A stretch of 58,341 bases of DNA from Candidatus Moraniibacteriota bacterium. GTDB lineage: Bacteria; Patescibacteriota; Minisyncoccia; Moranbacterales; UBA11712. Under the pieces are notes generated by a model. That model did not search any database. It had not been told where the DNA came from and saw nothing but the letters and a program-made list of their open reading frames with translations. Location: positions 1 through 58,341 of the forward strand of contig JAPLXD010000006.1 in assembly GCA_026396255.1 (NCBI GenBank), given 5' to 3'. Below are positions 25,257 through 34,258 of the stretch, one piece after another; positions within the stretch are counted from its first letter, which is position 1; each line of letters starts with the position of its first letter. A program made the position numbers and the translations under genes.

Positions 25257-27134
25257 ATGTTTGAAAATTATTTCAATAAAAAAAGACAGTTGCGAGGAGC
25301 CGAAATCGACGAGATCACGGAAAATTCTTCCGATCTTGATGAAACACGGGTTGTTGGGAGTGCTGTTTCGGGAAACAGGCTCAAAATTTTTCGCGTGATC
25401 GTTTTTGTGATATTTCTGCTCCTTGGGGCAAGGGTTTTTTATCTTCAAATAGCGAGAGGTGGATATTATAGCGAACTGTCGCGGGAAAACCGGGTGCGCT
25501 CGATTGTCATCAAGGCGCCGCGGGGGATCATATATGACCGGAACGGAGAAAAGCTTGTAAACAACGTCCCGAGTTTCGACCTGATCGCCATTCCGGTGGA
25601 TATTCCGAAAGATCAAAATTTGAAAAAACAGGAGATGGCGGATATTGCCGAGATGTTTGGCATGAACAGTCAAAACATTGAAGTGATCGTTGGCTCGCAA
25701 AATGAGAGCTCGATGAATCCCGTTTTGATCAAAGAAAACGTGAGCCAGGATGAATCTCTCATTTTTACCGAAAAATACCTGAATCTCAAGGGCTTCGCTC
25801 TCGATCAGACGGCGGTGCGCCAGTATGAAGACGGCCCGTACTTTTCTTCCTTCATCGGATACAGCGGAAAAATATCAAAGGACGATCTGGCCGCCCATCC
25901 GGACTATCTGATGACGGACTATATCGGAAAAACCGGCGTGGAATATAGCTATGAAAAAAATCTGCGGGGAGTGAACGGAAAACAGGAAGTCGAGGTGGAT
26001 TCGGCCGGGAATATCCAAAAGGACTTCGGCGTCACGGAGCCGGTCCCGGGTAGCGATTTGGTTTTGGGGATTGACGCTGATCTTCAGAAAAAGCTCGAAG
26101 ACTCCCTGCAGGCAAAGCTCAACGAGACGGGGACGAAAACAGCGGCAGCGGTCGCGATCGATCCGAGAAACGGCGAAATTTTGGCGATGGTCAATCTTCC
26201 CAGTTATGACAACAATCTTTTCGCCAAAGGAATTTCAGCGGACGACTATCAAAAATTGATGTCCGATCCGGACAAGCCGATGTTCAACCGTTCGATTTCC
26301 GGGGAGTATCCGCCCGGTTCAACTTTCAAACCGCTTGTGGCGGCGGCGGCGCTGCAAGAGGGGACGATCACGCCGAGCACGACGCTTGACTGTCCGGCAG
26401 CAATCAATATCGGGAGCTACAGTTTTCCGGACTGGAAAACGCACGGCCTCACGGATGTCCGCAAAGCGATCGCAGAAAGCGTGGACATCTTTTTTTATGC
26501 GGTGGGCGGAGGCTGGGGAGATATCACAGGACTTGGTATAGACAAAATTCAGCAATACGCCGACAAGTTCGGTCTCGGCCGCAAGCTCGGGATTGATATT
26601 CCGGGAGAAGTTTCGGGGCTCATTCCGACCGAGCAGTGGAAACAGGACAAACTCGGCGAGAGGTGGTACCTGGGAGACGATTATCACTGCGCTATCGGGC
26701 AAGGGTTTGTGACGGTCACGCCGCTTCAGCTCGCGAACTATATTGCGGCGATTGCCAACGGCGGAACAGTTTTCCAGCCGCACCTTGTCGACTCGATCAA
26801 AAAAATTGACGGATCGGTGGAAAAATTGAACAAAAATTTTGTTTCTGCAGCCAACTTGCAAGTCGTGCGGGAAGGAATGCGCCAGACGGTGCTTTCCGGA
26901 ACAGCGCAGCCTTTGAAAGACTTGCCGGTCGAAGTGGCGGGAAAAACAGGAACAGCCCAATTCGGCAGCGGCAACGAGCGCGAGCATGGTTGGTTCGTCT
27001 CTTTCGCGCCCTACAACAACCCGACGATCGCCATGGCGGTTCTGGTGGAAGGCGGGGGGGAAGGCTTCTCGACGGCCGAACCGGTGACCCACGATGTCTA
27101 TCAGTGGTATTTCGGAGATAGAAATAAGCAGTAG
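25257..27134 (+). CDS. mrdA: penicillin-binding protein 2 (elongation transpeptidase)
   Basis: PBP dimerisation domain, GSTFKP (SxxK), and GKTGTAQ (KTG). Confidence 0.9.
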   Translation: MFENYFNKKRQLRGAEIDEITENSSDLDETRVVGSAVSGNRLKIFRVIVFVIFLLLGARVFYLQIARGGYYSELSRENRVRSIVIKAPRGIIYDRNGEKLVNNVPSFDLIAIPVDIPKDQNLKKQEMADIAEMFGMNSQNIEVIVGSQNESSMNPVLIKENVSQDESLIFTEKYLNLKGFALDQTAVRQYEDGPYFSSFIGYSGKISKDDLAAHPDYLMTDYIGKTGVEYSYEKNLRGVNGKQEVEVDSAGNIQKDFGVTEPVPGSDLVLGIDADLQKKLEDSLQAKLNETGTKTAAAVAIDPRNGEILAMVNLPSYDNNLFAKGISADDYQKLMSDPDKPMFNRSISGEYPPGSTFKPLVAAAALQEGTITPSTTLDCPAAINIGSYSFPDWKTHGLTDVRKAIAESVDIFFYAVGGGWGDITGLGIDKIQQYADKFGLGRKLGIDIPGEVSGLIPTEQWKQDKLGERWYLGDDYHCAIGQGFVTVTPLQLANYIAAIANGGTVFQPHLVDSIKKIDGSVEKLNKNFVSAANLQVVREGMRQTVLSGTAQPLKDLPVEVAGKTGTAQFGSGNEREHGWFVSFAPYNNPTIAMAVLVEGGGEGFSTAEPVTHDVYQWYFGDRNKQ

Positions 27135-27190
27135 AGACGCGATTTATCGCGTCTTTCGTGTTTCGAGACGCAATAAATTGCCGTCTCTAC
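27131..27190. repeat. composite double hairpin overlapping the mrdA stop codon
   Basis: AGACGCGAT-TTA-TCGCGTCT and GAGACG-N11-CGTCTC sit within the outer inverted repeat GTAGAGACG/CGTCTCTAC. Confidence 0.6.
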
Positions 27191-27245
27191 TTAATTCAGA
27201 AATAACCCTTATACAAGCCATTATTCCCCAAATGTTTCACGACCA

Positions 27246-27274
27246 TTGACGCGGTCCGTTTTTGGGTGTATAAT
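27246..27274 (+). promoter_or_regulatory. sigma70-like promoter
   Basis: TTGACG-N17-TATAAT. Confidence 0.6.
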
Positions 27275-27352
27275 TCGAAATTAAGGATGAAGGTACATTC
27301 TTCCCTTAATAATTTATTTTTTTATTAAACCAATCCAAGCAAGAAGGAGGAG

Positions 27353-27613
27353 GTGAATATGTTCGGTCCCCTGGAAAGAGATGATAAAAATGGCGGGGAG
27401 GAGCTGAAGTTGGATAAGGATTTTAAGGGCATACTAATCGTCCTGTTGGTGTACGTTGTGGGCTTCGTCATAACTTATTTCCTGCCACATAATGGCTTGG
27501 AGAGCGAGGAGCTTGATCTGATCACACTGGCGATGACTACCTTCGGATTTTTCGGGGGCGTATGTCTCTACATCACTATGCTCTTTATGGCCGCGGAGCA
27601 ATGTTTTGAATAG
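27353..27613 (+). CDS. small hypothetical membrane protein (2 TM)
   Basis: AAGGAGGAGG RBS. ATG 27359 is the likely start. Confidence 0.55.
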   Translation: MNMFGPLERDDKNGGEELKLDKDFKGILIVLLVYVVGFVITYFLPHNGLESEELDLITLAMTTFGFFGGVCLYITMLFMAAEQCFE

Positions 27614-27742
27614 GTTCAATGCTCCGTTCGTCAAAGTGCCGCTTTTCGGGAAACCGGGAAGTGGCATTTTTCTTTTTACCATCATTGACAACACTTTCTT
27701 TTTCGACTATCATTCTAATCGTTATCGTTATTAGGAATAAAA

Positions 27743-27842
27743 CCCCGCACCAATTTTTTTCGCAATATTCATCTTGTTCAAACTTAAATATATTTTTCTG
27801 TATTTATGTCTACATGATGTTGCGATGAGAATTTGTGCGGGG
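27743..27842. repeat. CCCCGCACCAATT inverted-repeat element (copy 3)
   Basis: CCCCGCACCAATT ... AATTTGTGCGGGG followed by CAAGC. It ends 12 nt before the greA ATG. Confidence 0.7.
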
Positions 27843-27854
27843 CAAGCAAATCAT

Positions 27855-28322
27855 ATGACAAAATTTCTCACCCCGGAAGGACGCAAAAAACTTGAAGAAG
27901 AGCTGGCGATGCGCAAGACCGAAATGCGCCAGAAGATCGCCGAGATCATCAAAGAAGCCAAGGAGCAGGGCGACTTGAGCGAGAACGCGGAATATTCGGA
28001 AGCGAAGCGTCAGCAATCCGACAATGAACGGCGAATAATGGAAATTGAAAATGACGTGCGCACTTCCCAAGTGGCCAGTTTCAACCAGGAAAGCAATGTT
28101 GTCCAAATGGGATCCAAAGTCAAAGTGAAATGCTCCGCCAATGGCGGAGGCGATGAGCAGGCTTTTTGCATTGTCGGTTCAAACGAATCCGATCCTTTGG
28201 GCGGAAAAATTTCCAACGAATCGCCGATCGGTCAGGCTTTGATGGGCAAAAGCGCGGGCGAAAAGATGAAAGTGAACACGCCAGCGGGAGAAAAAGAATA
28301 TACGGTGATGGAAGTGAAATAG
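27855..28322 (+). CDS. greA: transcription elongation factor GreA
   Basis: Starts MTKFLTPEGRKKLEEEL. Contains GDLSENAEYSEAK. The ORF-track start 27774 is a spurious extension. Confidence 0.92.
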   Translation: MTKFLTPEGRKKLEEELAMRKTEMRQKIAEIIKEAKEQGDLSENAEYSEAKRQQSDNERRIMEIENDVRTSQVASFNQESNVVQMGSKVKVKCSANGGGDEQAFCIVGSNESDPLGGKISNESPIGQALMGKSAGEKMKVNTPAGEKEYTVMEVK

Positions 28323-28339
28323 ATTATTGCATATACAGG

Positions 28340-28376
28340 CAACCCTGCCCTTCGCGAAAGGCAGGGTTGTTTTTTT
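28340..28376 (+). terminator. intrinsic terminator after greA
   Basis: CAACCCTGCC-N10-GGCAGGGTTG followed by TTTTTTT. Confidence 0.8.
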
Positions 28377-28426
28377 GTGGGAAAAAGCTATAATAGAAAA
28401 GGATAGAATCGTGAATCTATATAAAT

Positions 28427-29902
28427 ATGCTTGACGAAATAAAGGAAATAAAACTGAAAAAACTGGAAAATCTGCGAAAAGCGGGTCTTGATCCGTATCC
28501 GGAAAAAACCAGCCGGACGATGGTGAACAAAGAAGCGTTGGAAAAATTTGATGAATTGCAGAGCAAAGAAATAATCTTGGTTGGAAGAGTGAAGTCTCTC
28601 CGTCCGATGGGCGGGTCGGCTTTTGCCCACATTGAGAATGAATCAGGGAAAATCCAGATTTTTTTGAGCAAAAAAAACATTGATCCGGAAAAATATAAGC
28701 TTTTTGTCGATTCGATCGAGCTTGGCGATTTTGTCGAGGTCAAGGGGAAATTATTCAAGACCAAAACGGAAGAAATCACCCTTGAAGTGTCGGATTGGAA
28801 AATATTGAGCAAAAGTCTGGCACCCGTGCCGACGGAACATTTTGGGGTGAAAGATACGGAAGAACTTCTGCGCCGGCGCTATCTGGATCTCATGATGAAT
28901 TCCGAAACGCGCGAGCTTTTCCGCAAGAAAAACATTTTTTGGCAAACAGCCCGAACTTTTCTCGCTAAAAAAGGCTTTTTGGAAGTGCAGACTCCCGTTC
29001 TTGAAAATATTCCCGGCGGAGCCGAAGCGGAGCCGTTCGTCACGCATCACAACGCGCTTGATCGCGACTATTTCATGCGCATTTCGCTGGAATTGCCGCT
29101 CAAAAGGCTGCTGGTCGGCGGATACGAAAGAGTCTTCGAGATCGGCCGGGTTTTTCGCAACGAGGGCATTGACAGAGAGCATTTGCAGGAATATGACACG
29201 CTCGAATATTATGAAGCCTATGCGGATCTGAAAAAGGGGATGAAGCTGGTTGAAAAATTGTTCAAGGAAATTGTGAGGAATATCTTGGAGATCGAATCTC
29301 CAAGGGGAGATTCGATCTCCCTTGCAACGGAATACGAGGGAAACAAAATCAATTGGGGAGAAAAATGGGAAACAAAAGACTATTTCAAGCTTCTCAAGCA
29401 AGAGACGGGAATCGATCTCGATAAAGAAATTTCTGTCGCCGATCTCCAGAAGAAAGCGGACGAGTTGGGGATCAAATATGAAAAAAACTATGGCAAGGGG
29501 CGGATGATCGATACGATATACAAAAAAACCGTGCGGCCGAAATTGATCCAACCTTGTTTTTTGGTCGGCCATCCGGTCGAAGTATCGCCGCTGGCCAAAA
29601 AAGATCCCAAAGACCCCCGAAAAGTTTTGCGCCTTCAGGTAATTGCCTGCGCCTCGGAGCTTGGAAACGGTTTTGCGGAGCTGAACGACCCGGTTGACCA
29701 GCGCGCCAGATTTTCCGACCAAATGAAACTTCGCGCCGAAGGGGACACAGAAGCGCAAATGCTCGATGAAGATTTTGTCGAAGCGCTTGAATATGGCATG
29801 CCTCCAGCGTTTGGTTTCGGCTTTTCGGAAAGATTGTTTGCGCTTTTGATGAACAAATCGGTGCGAGAAACAGTCATCTTCCCGCCGATGAAAGAGAAAT
29901 AA
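28427..29902 (+). CDS. lysS: lysyl-tRNA synthetase, class II
   Basis: OB-fold N-domain, RVFRNEGIDREHLQEYDTLEYYEAY, and GFGFSERL. Confidence 0.95.
   Translation: MLDEIKEIKLKKLENLRKAGLDPYPEKTSRTMVNKEALEKFDELQSKEIILVGRVKSLRPMGGSAFAHIENESGKIQIFLSKKNIDPEKYKLFVDSIELGDFVEVKGKLFKTKTEEITLEVSDWKILSKSLAPVPTEHFGVKDTEELLRRRYLDLMMNSETRELFRKKNIFWQTARTFLAKKGFLEVQTPVLENIPGGAEAEPFVTHHNALDRDYFMRISLELPLKRLLVGGYERVFEIGRVFRNEGIDREHLQEYDTLEYYEAYADLKKGMKLVEKLFKEIVRNILEIESPRGDSISLATEYEGNKINWGEKWETKDYFKLLKQETGIDLDKEISVADLQKKADELGIKYEKNYGKGRMIDTIYKKTVRPKLIQPCFLVGHPVEVSPLAKKDPKDPRKVLRLQVIACASELGNGFAELNDPVDQRARFSDQMKLRAEGDTEAQMLDEDFVEALEYGMPPAFGFGFSERLFALLMNKSVRETVIFPPMKEK
29287..29320. repeat. twin-palindrome element in frame in lysS
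   Basis: GGAGATCGAATCTCC-aagg-GGAGATTCGATCTCC. Translated as EIESPRGDSIS. Confidence 0.9.
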
Positions 29903-29920
29903 TAATTATTTTTATTGAGA

Positions 29921-30148
29921 ATGACTAGAATTGAAGGCGAAAAAAAAATATCAGAAATAAGGCGTCTTGAAAATATTAAGCAAAAGGCAGTGCAAGAATT
30001 AGCCAGTCTTTCTGATGCGAAATTAGCTGAAAGAGAAAAAGTGCTGAGAGAAGAACGTCCTGCGCTAATAGAAAGAATAGAAGTTTTAGATCAAGAGCTG
30101 AAGGCAATAAGTGAAATTAAATTAATTAAGAAGCCTGAAAAGCCATAA
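29921..30148 (+). CDS. small coiled-coil hypothetical protein
   Basis: 75 aa, K/E-rich. About 28% GC in a hand-counted 60-nt line. No clear SD sequence. Confidence 0.4.
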   Translation: MTRIEGEKKISEIRRLENIKQKAVQELASLSDAKLAEREKVLREERPALIERIEVLDQELKAISEIKLIKKPEKP

Positions 30149-30153
30149 CTTTT

Positions 30154-31422
30154 ATGTTAGACATCAAATACATTCGGGAAAACAAGGACGCTGTGAAGAA
30201 AAATTGCGAACTGCGCAACATCAAGTGCGATGTTGGCCGGCTTTTGGAATTGGATGAGAAAAGGCGAAAACTGATCGTCGAAATAGGGGAACTAAAAGAA
30301 AAGAAGAATGAAATTAACGATAAAATGAAATCGGGCGAGGATAAAGAAAATTTGATTGTCGAAGGGAAAAAAATAAAAGAAGATTTGGACAAGCTTAATC
30401 CGGAATTTGAGGAAACTGAAAAAGAATACAAAAAACTGATTATCCAGATTCCCAATATGACGCATCCGGATTCGCCGATCGGGAAAGATGATTCGGAAAA
30501 CAAAGAAATCGAGAGATATGGCGAACCGGCAAAATTCAATTTCGAACCGAAAGGACACGAGGAGTTGATGAAAAATTTGGATCTGATTGACTTTGAGCGC
30601 GGGGCGAAAGTGGCCGGAGCCAAATTCTATTTTCTCAAAAACGAGGGAGTACTTCTTGAACAAGCTTTGATAAATTATGCCTTGGATACGTGCATTCAGG
30701 AAAAATTCACGCCTTTCACAACTCCAGATCTCGCCAAAGACAAAATTCTGCTTGGAGTCGGTTTCAATCCGCGGGGGCAGGAATCGCAAATATATTCCGT
30801 GGAAGATACTGATCTGAATTTGGTTGGAACGGCCGAAATCACGATGGGCGGATATCATATGGACGAAATTATTAATGAGGAAAAATTGCCCTTGAGGTAT
30901 GTCGCTCTTTCGCATTGTTTTCGGACAGAAGCGGGGAGCTATGGACGGCACAGCGCGGGTTTGTATCGCGTGCATCAATTTTCGAAAGTGGAAATGTTTG
31001 CCTATACTTTGCCGGAAAAATCGGAAGAAATGCATACCTATTTCAAAGAAATGGAAGTGAAAATTTTCAAAGGACTTGGGATTCCGTTTCGAGTGGTGGA
31101 TATTTGCACGGGAGATCTGGGCGGACCGGCGTATCGCAAATATGACCTCGAAGCTTGGATGACTAGTCGCAACGGGTGGGGCGAGGTGACATCAACATCA
31201 GACACGACGGATTATCAAGCAAGAAGATTGAACATCAAAGTCGAAAGAGAAGATGGCAAAAAAGAATATCTGCATATGCTCAACGGAACCGCGATTGCTG
31301 TTTCACGAACCCTGATCGCCATCATCGAAAACGGGCAGCAAGCCGACGGGTCGGTCGTCATTCCGGAAGTTTTGCGCAAGTGGATGCCGGGGAATATGGA
31401 AGTTATCAAGAAGAATGGATAA
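30154..31422 (+). CDS. serS: seryl-tRNA synthetase
   Basis: Coiled-coil arm, FRTEAGSYGR, and GTAIAVSRTLIAIIEN. Confidence 0.95.
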   Translation: MLDIKYIRENKDAVKKNCELRNIKCDVGRLLELDEKRRKLIVEIGELKEKKNEINDKMKSGEDKENLIVEGKKIKEDLDKLNPEFEETEKEYKKLIIQIPNMTHPDSPIGKDDSENKEIERYGEPAKFNFEPKGHEELMKNLDLIDFERGAKVAGAKFYFLKNEGVLLEQALINYALDTCIQEKFTPFTTPDLAKDKILLGVGFNPRGQESQIYSVEDTDLNLVGTAEITMGGYHMDEIINEEKLPLRYVALSHCFRTEAGSYGRHSAGLYRVHQFSKVEMFAYTLPEKSEEMHTYFKEMEVKIFKGLGIPFRVVDICTGDLGGPAYRKYDLEAWMTSRNGWGEVTSTSDTTDYQARRLNIKVEREDGKKEYLHMLNGTAIAVSRTLIAIIENGQQADGSVVIPEVLRKWMPGNMEVIKKNG

Positions 31423-32614
31423 GAAAATCAATCTTTCACCAATAAAAGAAATGGAACTCCGGGCATCGCGCATTCCCGGAGTTGTTTCGCTCGCCCAAGG
31501 CGTGCCGTCTTTTGACACGCCCGAGCCGATCAAGCGGGCGGCCATCGAGGCAATCGAGAAGGGAAAAGTGGCCAAATATTCACTCTCACCCGGCCTTCTG
31601 GAGTTACGCGAGGTGATCGCGCACAATCTTGAAAAAGAAAACAAGTTTTATGACTTTGAAGAAGAAGTTATCGTGACGGCCGGGTCGATCGAAGCGATCA
31701 CGGCGACGATGCTGGCAATTCTTTCTCCGGGAGATGAAGTTTTGATTCCCGATCCGACATATACATCCTATCAGCCGGCTATCAAGGTGGCGGGTGGGGT
31801 GCCGGTCTTTGTCCCGCTGGATGAAAAGAAGCACTGGGCGTTTGATATTGCGGAATTGGAAAAAAGAATCACTCCAAAAACGAAAGCCCTGCTTTTTTGC
31901 AATCCGAACAATCCGACGGGGACGATTTTCACGCGCAATCAGCTTCACGCGGTGGCGCAGCTCGCGATCAAGCACAATTTCTATATTCTGAGCGATGAAG
32001 TTTACAAAGATTTTGTTTTTGAGGAAAATGGAGGTTCGACCTCCACGGGGAGGTCGAACCTCCAACGTTTGTACTCCCTCGCCCAGATGCGCGGGATTCG
32101 GGACAGATTGATCTATATCTTCTCTTTTTCCAAAGCCTACGCGATGACGGGCTGGCGGATTGCGTATCTTGCAACTCATCACGATCTCGCGAAGAAGATC
32201 CTCGGCGTGCACGACGCGCTGGTCACGTGCGCTCCCGTAGTCTCACAGTATGCAGCTCTTGCGGCTCTCGAAATGGCGGACGAGGAACTGGCGAAATATC
32301 ACGCGATATATAAAAACAGGCGGGATCTGATCTGCCGGCGGCTCGATAAGCTGAAAAATATATTTGAATATCAAAAACCGGACAGTGCCTATTTCGTTTT
32401 TCCGCGCATCAAAGAAGATATTTTGCAAAAAATCACTCCAAGTGGCGGTTCAAAGGAATTTGCGATAGAATTGCTGGAGAAGGCCAAAGTGGCGACGGTT
32501 CCCGGATCAGCCTTCGGTCCGGTCGGGGAGAATCATATCCGGATGTGTTTTGGGCGCAGTGAAGAGGATATCAACTTGGCGTTTGATCGGATGGAAAAAT
32601 TTTTCTCAAAATAA
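31415..32614 (+). CDS. class I/II PLP-dependent aminotransferase (aspartate-aminotransferase-like)
   Basis: NPNNPTG and SFSKAYAMTGWRIAY (PLP lysine). Overlaps the serS stop by 8 nt. Confidence 0.88.
   Translation: MDKKINLSPIKEMELRASRIPGVVSLAQGVPSFDTPEPIKRAAIEAIEKGKVAKYSLSPGLLELREVIAHNLEKENKFYDFEEEVIVTAGSIEAITATMLAILSPGDEVLIPDPTYTSYQPAIKVAGGVPVFVPLDEKKHWAFDIAELEKRITPKTKALLFCNPNNPTGTIFTRNQLHAVAQLAIKHNFYILSDEVYKDFVFEENGGSTSTGRSNLQRLYSLAQMRGIRDRLIYIFSFSKAYAMTGWRIAYLATHHDLAKKILGVHDALVTCAPVVSQYAALAALEMADEELAKYHAIYKNRRDLICRRLDKLKNIFEYQKPDSAYFVFPRIKEDILQKITPSGGSKEFAIELLEKAKVATVPGSAFGPVGENHIRMCFGRSEEDINLAFDRMEKFFSK
32030..32063. repeat. twin-palindrome element in frame in the aminotransferase gene
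   Basis: GGAGGTTCGACCTCC-acgg-GGAGGTCGAACCTCC. Translated as GGSTSTGRSNLQ. Confidence 0.9.
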
Positions 32615-32621
32615 TTTCAAT

Positions 32622-33365
32622 ATGAAGCCTTTTTTCAAGAAAATCGTCCAGTTTTATCTCAAACTTTTCACAAAGATTATTCTCTGGAGAAAAAAACCCT
32701 TTATCATTGCCGTCGCCGGAACAACCAACAAAACGACGGTCAAAGAATATATTTTGAAGTTCTTGCGCGAAAAATATGGTGAGCAGGAAGTGCGGGGAAA
32801 TCCACGGAGCTACAACACGGAAATCGGCTTGCCGCTCGCGATATTGTACCTCGAGTCGGGAGAGTCTTCGTTCTGGAAATGGTGGAAAATTTTGATTCAG
32901 GCCAAATTGAGGGCGCTATTCTCGAGAAAATTTCCCTCGAAACTGGTTTTGGAATTGGGTGTGGAAAAGAAAGGCGATATGGAATATCTGCTTGAGATGG
33001 TTCGTCCAACTTGGGCAGTTGTGACGAATATTGAAGGCAGCTATTCGGACGCGGAATCGAACTTGGATGAGATCTTTGAGGAAATGAAATTGCTGGCGGA
33101 AAAACTGCCCAAAAATGGCAAATTGATTCTCAATTTCGACGATGAACGGGTAAGAGAACTGGCCGATTTTTCGAAGACGGAAAAGATCAGTTATGGCTTT
33201 TCTGACGGTGCGGAAGCGCGGACGACGAACCTCAAAACAACCGTTCAGGGACAAACGTTCGATTTTTCTTTTCGAGACAAGCATGAATCCGTTGAGATCA
33301 AGAAATATGGCCGGCACAACGTGTATGCCTGGATGATCGCGAAGATTGTGAAAGAAGTTATGTAA
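32622..33365 (+). CDS. truncated Mur-ligase-family protein (MurF-like central domain only)
   Basis: IIAVAGTTNKTT sits at the P-loop position, with VVTNIEGSY and ILNFDDERV. 247 aa with no C-terminal domain. Confidence 0.55.
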   Translation: MKPFFKKIVQFYLKLFTKIILWRKKPFIIAVAGTTNKTTVKEYILKFLREKYGEQEVRGNPRSYNTEIGLPLAILYLESGESSFWKWWKILIQAKLRALFSRKFPSKLVLELGVEKKGDMEYLLEMVRPTWAVVTNIEGSYSDAESNLDEIFEEMKLLAEKLPKNGKLILNFDDERVRELADFSKTEKISYGFSDGAEARTTNLKTTVQGQTFDFSFRDKHESVEIKKYGRHNVYAWMIAKIVKEVM

Positions 33366-33374
33366 GGGTTTTTC

Positions 33375-34256
33375 ATGGGAATATTTTCCAAAAAAAAGAA
33401 AAACAAAACTATCCAAAAATCCTGGCAAAGAAAAGAGACGAAGGCGTATCCCGGAGCGCCGAAAAAAGAAAAACCGAAAAAGGGCGGGTTTTTTTCTCGC
33501 TTCCTTTTTTGGTTGCTTTTGGTCGGTTTTCTCGGGATTTGCGTTTTTTTGCTTTTTTTCTCGACTTTTTTGGATATCAGCAAAATAACTATTCAGGGGA
33601 ATCAGGATATTTCGAGCGTGGAGATTTCGAAAGTGGTGGAAAAATCACTCGAAGGGAATTATTTGAAGTATTTGCCGAAAAAAAATTTCTTTCTGGCGAG
33701 CGAGGCGAATATTGGCAATGCGGTGAAAAACAATTTTAATCGTCTGGAGGTTGCGTCGATCGGGAAAAAATTTCCTGATACGATTGTCGCGAAAGTGGTT
33801 GAGCGGAAAGCGGAATTGGCCTGGTGCAGCGCGGGTGTGTGCTATTTCGTCGACGGCAGCGGTTTGGTATATGGAGGAGCGGCGGGTAGCGAAGATGATT
33901 TGCGGGTCGGCAATTTCTTGGTGGTGGTCGACGACAGCGCCATCCCGGTGGAGATCGGCAAAACAAAAATAAGCCCGGATTTTATCGGATATGTTGAAGG
34001 AGCGAATGCAATGATGCGGGACGATTTGAAGATTGAACCTGTGGCGAGCTACCATACTCCCGGGATAGCTTCGCAGGAGGTCAGCGTGATGACCAGTGAG
34101 GGCTGGATCCTCAAAATCAGTTCGGAATATTCAATCGATGAAGCAAAAAATATCATCCAGACCCTTTTCGAGAAAGATTTGAACGGAGAAACAAGAAAAA
34201 ATATGGACTATTTGGACTTGAGAGTGAAGGGGAAAGTTTATTATAAAACGAAATAG
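33375..34256 (+). CDS. FtsQ/DivIB-like cell division protein
   Basis: Basic N-terminus, one TM helix, POTRA-like ITIQGNQDISSVEI, and a beta-rich C-domain. Confidence 0.55.
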   Translation: MGIFSKKKKNKTIQKSWQRKETKAYPGAPKKEKPKKGGFFSRFLFWLLLVGFLGICVFLLFFSTFLDISKITIQGNQDISSVEISKVVEKSLEGNYLKYLPKKNFFLASEANIGNAVKNNFNRLEVASIGKKFPDTIVAKVVERKAELAWCSAGVCYFVDGSGLVYGGAAGSEDDLRVGNFLVVVDDSAIPVEIGKTKISPDFIGYVEGANAMMRDDLKIEPVASYHTPGIASQEVSVMTSEGWILKISSEYSIDEAKNIIQTLFEKDLNGETRKNMDYLDLRVKGKVYYKTK

Positions 34257-34258
34257 TT

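Noticed and set aside
28323-28426. T-box or other riboswitch leaders upstream of thrS, lysS and serS.
   Set aside because: The spacers are short (about 100 nt or less, or overlapping genes). They contain only a terminator of the preceding gene and a promoter-like sequence. No specifier-loop or T-box consensus was recognisable by eye.
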